Origin: an uncultured euryarchaeote
GTDB lineage: Archaea; Thermoplasmatota; Poseidoniia; Poseidoniales; Thalassarchaeaceae
Assembly (NCBI GenBank): GCA_937911265.1
Contig: CALDRG010000023.1
Coordinates: 2,959 to 66,958, forward strand
Direction: 5' to 3'
Length of the DNA: 64,000 bases
Numbering within the stretch: the stretch's first letter is position 1; each line of letters begins with the position of its first letter. Shown one piece after another: positions 58,019-64,000 of this stretch. Position numbers and translations under genes: made by a program. The notes under the pieces are model-generated. The model was not told the DNA's origin. It searched no databases and saw only the letters and a program-made list of their open reading frames with translations.

Positions 58019-58909
58019 ATGTTGCTGGATGGGCGCTGGACAGGCCCCATTCTCGACCAGCACATGCACCTCGATCGCTCCAATAGGTTTCTCGACGCAG
58101 TCTCGGAATTCACCCTCGCCGGTGGCACCGGGATTATGCTAGTCCACAAGCCCAGCTTCTCCTCGGACTTGCCTACAGATTTAGACGGCTACCGGGGAGC
58201 CTACTCGGACACACTTAGGATGGCTGAGGAAGTGAGGGCTGCATACGGAATCGAAGTGGGAGTCGTACTCGGCCCACATCCCGTTGCCTGGGAGCACCAG
58301 ATCGAGCCGCTTGGCCTCAAGAGGGCGACAGAGCTCCACATCGAAGCAGTAAACCTCGCACTCGATCATATAGAAACAGGAGACGCTGTCTGCCTCGGAG
58401 AGGTAGGAAGGCCGCACTACCCAGTCTCGGATGAGATATGGAGCGCTGCCAACGAGATGCTCAGGGAAATCATGGCTATGGCTGCTGGAGCCGGTACCTC
58501 GATACAACTGCATGTTGAGGACAATGGCGAGACTACCTGCCGGGAACTCGCAGCTCTGTGTGATGAGGCGGGACTCCCTCGTGATAGGGCAATCCGGCAC
58601 TACGCGCCCGCTGACATCGGTGACGACTTCACGCACGGTCTAGCCGCTACCGTGAGTGTAGGCAGAGGCAGCGTGGAGACCATCACCACTTCTGCTGCCA
58701 GCGCCAGTGCCCCATGGGGCATGGAGACTGATTTCCTTGACGACCCGCGCAGACCGGGCGCAGTACTCGGTCTCAAGACCGTGCCCAAGCGAACGCAGCA
58801 ACTGTGCGCCGCGTTGCAGGCAGCCGGTTGGGATGAGGACGAGGTGAGCGGACTGATGAACAGCATCCACAGTGATTGGCCGTCACAACTCTACTCAGTT
58901 GGTAACTGA
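58019..58909 (+). CDS. TatD-family metal-dependent hydrolase
   Basis: DQHMHLD, LGEVGRPHYP, and a downstream His/Asp in a TIM-barrel-like arrangement. Confidence 0.6.
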   Translation: MLLDGRWTGPILDQHMHLDRSNRFLDAVSEFTLAGGTGIMLVHKPSFSSDLPTDLDGYRGAYSDTLRMAEEVRAAYGIEVGVVLGPHPVAWEHQIEPLGLKRATELHIEAVNLALDHIETGDAVCLGEVGRPHYPVSDEIWSAANEMLREIMAMAAGAGTSIQLHVEDNGETTCRELAALCDEAGLPRDRAIRHYAPADIGDDFTHGLAATVSVGRGSVETITTSAASASAPWGMETDFLDDPRRPGAVLGLKTVPKRTQQLCAALQAAGWDEDEVSGLMNSIHSDWPSQLYSVGN

Positions 58910-59142
58910 AGCCTAGGGGAAATCACCATCGATGCTCCTATCACGAACAGCAGGAGAGTCAGAACGAAACCTTGGAACTCGCCCAACGGGACCTCGTATC
59001 CCAGCTCCGACAGCCCCATTCTCCACAACGGCCCGTTGATTGGCATAAACAGGAGCATCAGCAAGATTCCGAGCTTCTGTCGCATCTGCACGTGCGTTCG
59101 ACCGAGGTCTGGTAGATGAACTGAGCGCAGGAGATATGGTGG

Positions 59143-59214
59143 TGCGCCCGCGGGGATTTGAACCCCGGACAAGAGGTTGGAAACCTCTGGTGATAACCCC
59201 TTCACTACAGGCGC
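59143..59214 (-). tRNA. tRNA-Gly (anticodon UCC)
   Basis: Reverse-complement cloverleaf: acceptor GCGCCTG/CGGGCGC, D-arm GTGA-AGGGGTTA-TCAC, anticodon arm AGAGG-TTTCCAA-CCTCT, T-arm CGGGG-TTCAAAT-CCCCG, A73 + CCA. Confidence 0.75.
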
Positions 59215-59307
59215 ACTGTGTCGTCGTACCGAGGCACCCACTAAACCGATTCGGTAGGGAAATTACCTGAGTGAAGCATTCAAACGAGTCCCTCCTACCG
59301 GAGGGAC

Positions 59308-61200
59308 GTGTCACAGGACAACGATGCCCCAGCCCCGGGTATGGCAATCAGTAAGGACGCCTCCGACCTCCTCGACGAGAAGCAGATCGTCGGCCGCAAG
59401 ATATGGCGGATAGTGCCCTATATCAAGCGCTACTGGAAGCGCGCGGTCGGGGGTTTTGCTGCTAACGCTGTGGCGCGAGCATTCGATTTGATTCCATTCG
59501 TGATGATTGGGGCAGCAGCGGATTGGTATCAGGGTGGGACCTACACAAATTCCACTCTCAAATCCCTAGTAAATTCAGAGCACCTACCTTCGTTAGGCCC
59601 TATTGGATCCGTAGAGTTCGGCTTCGGTCTACTAATCCTAGTATCATTCGCATTCCTTGCTGTCTTTCAGGGTTTCAGCGAGTACCTCTGGCAGTCTACT
59701 GCATACAAGGTCCAGCACGATATCAGGATGGAGGCGACGACCAGCCTCATGGCAATGGAAGCATCCTACTTCGAGACTAGGCAGACGGGAAATCTGATGG
59801 CTGTTCTCTCTGCAGACGTGGCTCAGTTAGAGGACATAGTATCAGACTCCTCGACCTCGATAATTCGAATTTTAATCACTTTCACCACAGCTTTCGCCAT
59901 CATGTACTGGATGTCCCCAACGTTGGCACTCATTCTCTTCATCCCACTGGTCCTAGTGATCCCCATGGTCGTATGGTTCAGCACCCGCGTACAACGACGC
60001 TATCGGAAGCAGCGTGAGAGCACCGGTGGAATCGTCTCCATACTCGAGAATGTTCTGGCAGGTATCGTCACCGTTCAGGCTTACAACGCCAGCGACTTTG
60101 AACGCTCTCGTGTTGAGGGAGAGAGTGCCGACTATCGCGACCAAGCCATCCATGCTGCCAATCTGCGCAACCGATTCATTCCAGGCATCTATTTGGTCGC
60201 AGGACTCTCATTCGGACTGCTGGTATCTGCAGGTGGCTGGCTCATGGAGTCCGGCGAGATTACTGTAGGCCAATTCGTTACATTCCTTTTGATTAGTACT
60301 AGAATGACAATGCCCATGTTCATTTTGGGGATGCTTCTGAACCAGCTCCAGAGGGGCGAAGCCGCCTCCAAGCGAGTGTTTGCACTAATCGACCTCGAAC
60401 CGTCTATTTTCGACAAGCCAGACGCCATCCCTCTCGACAGCCCTATTCGCTCGATTTCGTTCGACGACGTCACCTTTGCCTATCCCACATCGGAGGCCAA
60501 CGTGCTCAATGGTATCTCGTTCTCCGCATCCTCGGGAGAATTCCTCGGAGTAATGGGGCACACAGGCGCCGGCAAGAGTACCATCCTCAAGCTGGTCGAG
60601 AGGTTCTACGAGCCCCAGCATGGCACGGTGAAGATCAACGGCATAGACATCAACGACTACTCAATTGAGACAGTACGCGACAGGATTGGTTTTGTTTCCC
60701 AGGACCCATTCATGTTCTACGGTGATGTAAAATCCAATGTCTCCTATGCCCGAGAGGCCTCAGACGATGAAATCCAGAACGCCCTCGAGACCGCAGGTGC
60801 GTGGGATTTCGTCTCCCGACTCCCTAACGGTGTCGACACGATGGTTGGAGACCGCGGCGTTATGTTGTCCGGAGGCCAGAGGGCACGCATCGCCCTGGCC
60901 CGAGCTTTGCTCAAGAGTCCAGATTTGCTCATCCTCGATGAGGCCTCAGCGGCTCTCGACGCCGAGACTGAGAAGCGCATACAGATGTCACTCTTCGATG
61001 GTTCAAATGGGGATTCAAATAGAATCACTATTGCTGTCGCCCACCGACTTGCGACGATACGCAAGGCCGATGAGATAGTGGCTATGGTTGATGGTGTGAT
61101 TGTTGAACGCGGCATTCACCGAGAACTCCTAGACAACGACAACGTGTACGCATCGCAGTGGCTGATTCAGACCGGCGAACTAGGTGCGGCAGAGGCCTAG
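59308..61200 (+). CDS. ABC transporter permease/ATPase fusion (MsbA/multidrug-exporter type)
   Basis: N-terminal 6-TM domain. Walker A GHTGAGKST, signature LSGGQRARIALARALL, Walker B LILDEASAALD. GTG start. Confidence 0.85.
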   Translation: MSQDNDAPAPGMAISKDASDLLDEKQIVGRKIWRIVPYIKRYWKRAVGGFAANAVARAFDLIPFVMIGAAADWYQGGTYTNSTLKSLVNSEHLPSLGPIGSVEFGFGLLILVSFAFLAVFQGFSEYLWQSTAYKVQHDIRMEATTSLMAMEASYFETRQTGNLMAVLSADVAQLEDIVSDSSTSIIRILITFTTAFAIMYWMSPTLALILFIPLVLVIPMVVWFSTRVQRRYRKQRESTGGIVSILENVLAGIVTVQAYNASDFERSRVEGESADYRDQAIHAANLRNRFIPGIYLVAGLSFGLLVSAGGWLMESGEITVGQFVTFLLISTRMTMPMFILGMLLNQLQRGEAASKRVFALIDLEPSIFDKPDAIPLDSPIRSISFDDVTFAYPTSEANVLNGISFSASSGEFLGVMGHTGAGKSTILKLVERFYEPQHGTVKINGIDINDYSIETVRDRIGFVSQDPFMFYGDVKSNVSYAREASDDEIQNALETAGAWDFVSRLPNGVDTMVGDRGVMLSGGQRARIALARALLKSPDLLILDEASAALDAETEKRIQMSLFDGSNGDSNRITIAVAHRLATIRKADEIVAMVDGVIVERGIHRELLDNDNVYASQWLIQTGELGAAEA

Positions 61201-62282
61201 CTCCTAGTCCGGTCGTCTATCTGGAGGCCTGAGTTTCCAGTGAATATTCTCCACCAACCTTGCAGCACACCCATTCCATAGTTCCAGTGCAGAACGAAAG
61301 TGGTGATTGAGGATAGGAACACTGTCTTGGGAGTCCGGCAAGGCGAGCTGCCCTTAGCAGCACCATACCAAGCCAAGAGGTTGTACAGTAAAATCAGGGT
61401 GGGCAGGGCGTGGGCCCCAAATCTCGACCAGCCCATAGGAACGGCATCAAGGGAGATGTCCCACCAAGGCGAGCCTAGTCCGCCATTGGACAGTCCCCAA
61501 AAGAAGAATGCAAATGCTGCTATCACAATTGGAGGGAACAGAGCCACTGTTCCATGGCTCCACGCTCTTAGTTCGCGATGCTCGTGACTGGCCAGACTTC
61601 TGACCAGCCCGTAGTTTCGAATCTGTTTCTTGACACTCGACAGGTCGCGCCTGCGGTGCCACATCACTGCTTCCGGATCCGTCCAAAGTTGATGTCCAGC
61701 TTGTCTTATCCGGTGGTCGAGAATCACATCTTCGGCACCGATGCATCCGTCTGGGAATCCACCGATCTCTGTGAGGACGGAACGACGGTAGGCCGAATTG
61801 ACACCGGGTAGTTGCTCGACCTCTTCGAGCGCGCCCTTCCCTTTCCTGCCGTAGTTGGTTCCGGCAGTGAATATCCTGCTGCAGAAGCTGACGTCGATAA
61901 TCTGCTGCTGCAGCGTCGAACTCTCTGGGGGTGCGAAGTTCGGACCGCCCACGCCTGCGACTTCGGAACGCTCGAACCAGCGGGCCAGCCTCTCTACCCA
62001 TTCCTTGGGCACGATGACATCGTCATCAGTGAACATCACCAGATCTGATTCCGTTGAATCAAGTGCGATGTTGCAGGCATCAGCGCGAGTGCGTGAGCCT
62101 GCATCGTCGATGAATCGAAGATTTCTGGATTCAGCCTGCTGTCTACCGGAATCTCCACTCGGTCCAACCACTACAATCTCAAGCGGGCCGTAGTAGGTCT
62201 GGGCCATCAGACCGTCCAGTGCAATGCCAAGTTCGTTCGCATTGCCAACACTCGGTATTACAACGCAGACAGAACGCCCCAT
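61197..62282 (-). CDS. family 2 glycosyltransferase with C-terminal TM region
   Basis: CVVIPSVGNANELGIALDGLMAQTY, DxD-like FTDDDVIV. C-terminal hydrophobic helices. Confidence 0.75.
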   Translation of the reverse strand: MGRSVCVVIPSVGNANELGIALDGLMAQTYYGPLEIVVVGPSGDSGRQQAESRNLRFIDDAGSRTRADACNIALDSTESDLVMFTDDDVIVPKEWVERLARWFERSEVAGVGGPNFAPPESSTLQQQIIDVSFCSRIFTAGTNYGRKGKGALEEVEQLPGVNSAYRRSVLTEIGGFPDGCIGAEDVILDHRIRQAGHQLWTDPEAVMWHRRRDLSSVKKQIRNYGLVRSLASHEHRELRAWSHGTVALFPPIVIAAFAFFFWGLSNGGLGSPWWDISLDAVPMGWSRFGAHALPTLILLYNLLAWYGAAKGSSPCRTPKTVFLSSITTFVLHWNYGMGVLQGWWRIFTGNSGLQIDDRTRS

Positions 62283-62319
62283 GGCTCGTCGCCCTAGTCC
62301 GACCTCAAGAGTTCACGGG

Positions 62320-63066
62320 TCAGTCGTTAGTCACTCGGGGCGCTAGGAAGTACGTCCAACTCGCCCCGCCATCATTACTACTCCAGTCCAGCCTCAATGG
62401 GTACTTGTCCTGGAACTGCATACGAATGTCTTGGGTCAATCCAGAGGCAAGTTTCCTTGTCAGAGGGTCGAGGAATTGCAGGCTGTAGGTGCCTTGAGTA
62501 GGCGAGGGGCAGACCAACTCGCTGAGTTCACCGGACTCGAAGCGTACATTGACTCCTTCGCCAGCCTCAACGGTCACGCTTACCCTCATCTCCTTACTGT
62601 CAAGACTCAGATCTACTAACTCACCTACGAACTTGGCCGCCCTGAGTGCTCTGGAGAGCTTCTCTGCCCCGATGGCGACACTGCAGTCGAAATCAAGAAC
62701 TGGAAGTTTAGGATCCTGCATGGAACCGGTATCGAGGCCGCGCAGTATTCTGTGGACCTCACCGACTCTTACATTGATTGCTCCGACCGCGTCATCGTAG
62801 TCAATTTCGACCAAATCACCCGGGCCAGCGAGAGTCAGGAGGTCACGCAGTTTGCCTAGCTCCAGTCCAATTTCGACCGGCTCGACTTCGTAGGTCTCGA
62901 AGCAGGCGTCTGAGATGGTAGCGCTAAGGAGGGCAACGTGAGAACCGTCGACAACGTTCACCGTCAGTCCCTTCTCTCCCCAGCTCATCTTCGCTTCTTC
63001 AGTCAGGACCGAGAGCAAATCGACAATCTCCCTCATCAGTTGAGTTTTTGCCGTCACTCTCAGCAT
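62320..63066 (-). CDS. pcn: DNA polymerase sliding clamp PCNA
   Basis: 248 aa with the two-domain PCNA pattern (MLRVTAKTQLMREIVDLLSVL...). Leaderless, with a TTTATA box ~-28. Confidence 0.85.
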   Translation of the reverse strand: MLRVTAKTQLMREIVDLLSVLTEEAKMSWGEKGLTVNVVDGSHVALLSATISDACFETYEVEPVEIGLELGKLRDLLTLAGPGDLVEIDYDDAVGAINVRVGEVHRILRGLDTGSMQDPKLPVLDFDCSVAIGAEKLSRALRAAKFVGELVDLSLDSKEMRVSVTVEAGEGVNVRFESGELSELVCPSPTQGTYSLQFLDPLTRKLASGLTQDIRMQFQDKYPLRLDWSSNDGGASWTYFLAPRVTND

Positions 63067-63124
63067 GGAATCACCTCGTTACACATCTCCTATAAATCGA
63101 GGGTCTTTCATTCATTCGGGACAC

Positions 63125-63514
63125 TTATTGGTATTCTCGGAAACGCTTGTCGCAATTTTTGCATTGGCAGATTTTAGTTTCGGGCTCATCACTTGATCTG
63201 GTCTGCTTGAGTTCGACGTATATCTCGTTGCAATCGCACTTAGGGCAGCGAATGTCCCCCACTCTGAGAGTACCTCGAGCTACTTCCGGCTCCACTACTT
63301 CAGTGAGGTGCTTCAAACTTTTCTCAGAACCCGACGCAGTGGCGCTGGTCAAATCCACAGTATCTCCAGTCATTGGGTCGACGAAAGTACCTCCGGAACC
63401 GTCCTTGCCAGTCAGAGGCCCCTCGTATTTGCACTGGTAGTTGTCGCATCTGATATTCCCGGAAGAATCGGGGTATGACAGTGCACCACACTCAGGACAA
63501 AACATCGCTATCAA
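63125..63514 (-). CDS. tfs: transcription factor S (TFIIS-type zinc ribbon; RpoM-like)
   Basis: N-terminal zinc ribbon FCPECGA...CDNYQC, and C-terminal TFIIS-type CPKCDCNEIYVELKQTRSSDEPETKICQCKNC. Confidence 0.8.
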   Translation of the reverse strand: MIAMFCPECGALSYPDSSGNIRCDNYQCKYEGPLTGKDGSGGTFVDPMTGDTVDLTSATASGSEKSLKHLTEVVEPEVARGTLRVGDIRCPKCDCNEIYVELKQTRSSDEPETKICQCKNCDKRFREYQ

Positions 63515-63668
63515 ACACCTAGCCGGTTAAACGCCAACCGAACAGCGACATACAAACCGACTATTGAAGTATCGCTTATGTGCGCCTGTGGAAAAGCTCG
63601 GACTCAGCCTCTGTTGAGCAACTGGAATGGGACCGCACCGTTGAAGCGAAGCGGCGCTACGGAGTACC

Positions 63669-64000
63669 CATGCGTATTCACTACGATTGGAGACTTGCTA
63701 GGGTCGTTGATTCCGACGGCGAAGTCTTCGACGAGTTGGGGTGGTCGCCCAAAAGGTCTGTCCGCGCTTTGGCAGACCGACTGTCAGACCTGCAATCGGG
63801 TAGGATGAGTCCCGAGGCGAGAACCCTCAGTAAGAGATTCCCGGATGCTGAGGTGGATGGAATGGCGGCGATGTCGGACCCCGACTGGCCCGAGCTTGAG
63901 ACTGAGGAGCAGGAGATGCTCTCCGAGGCAGCGGCTATACTGGCTAAGCGAGGAGTGGCCGATGCCGCTGCTGATCTCGACCGACGACTCGACATGCTGT
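63669..64000 (+). CDS. hypothetical protein, 5' partial (runs off window end)
   Basis: ATG at ~63669 opens a frame with coding-like acidic composition to the window edge (MRIHYDWRLARVVDSDGEVFDELGW...). Not in the ORF track because no stop is reached. Confidence 0.35.

Noticed and set aside
58891-59347. Two overlapping ORFs (58891..59241 + and 58913..59347 -)
   Set aside because: They span a well-formed tRNA-Gly(UCC) on the minus strand and have junk-like composition. Spurious.
63681-63995. Minus-strand 104-aa ORF near the window end
   Set aside because: Ser/Ala-rich antisense-like translation. The plus-strand frame from ~63669 has far more protein-like composition.

Overview
High-GC (~58%), gene-dense archaeal chromosomal segment. 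The archaeal assignment rests on a thermosome, Orc1/Cdc6, PCNA, transcription factor S, Bud32, an archaeal-type PPAT-DUF359 CoA module, and leaderless genes with BRE/TATA-like promoters. Lineage is not determinable from sequence alone; the acidic proteome and large surface glycoprotein fit a marine planktonic Thermoplasmatota-like organism. Most of the window is housekeeping.

Features called:
- Translation and nucleotide metabolism: thrS, trhO, pyrG, arcC, nadA, ITPase.
- Heat-shock cluster: thermosome - sHSP - dnaK.
- Peptidases, acyl-CoA beta-oxidation-like genes, moaE/moaC, and glpX next to a eukaryotic-type class I aldolase.
- Four tRNAs: Gly-GCC, Gly-CCC, Pro-CGG, Gly-UCC.
- A replication neighbourhood: orc1/cdc6 with an AT-rich putative oriC, plus PCNA and TFS.

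Observations worth a second look:
1. A low-GC three-gene winged-helix island (41.7-45.2 kb): two paralogous small wHTH proteins, a 254-bp AT-rich spacer, and an 873-aa orphan protein with an N-terminal wHTH.
2. A 358-bp ORF-free, GC-normal gap that could hold a structured ncRNA.
3. An EF-Tu/SelB-like protein with a degenerate P-loop.
4. A divergent TBP-fold paralog, translationally coupled into an operon with a TatD-like hydrolase.
5. A PaaA/BoxB-like diiron oxygenase embedded in a hydratase/dehydrogenase operon.
6. A PPAT-DPCK (DUF359) fusion.

No CRISPR array and no clear transposase or integrase were seen.

Coordinate caveat: in one place (about 25.4-26.7 kb) the displayed nucleotides appeared shifted by one base relative to the ORF-track coordinates. 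Features derived only from reading the sequence (the tRNAs, repeats and promoters) may therefore be off by 1-2 nt.
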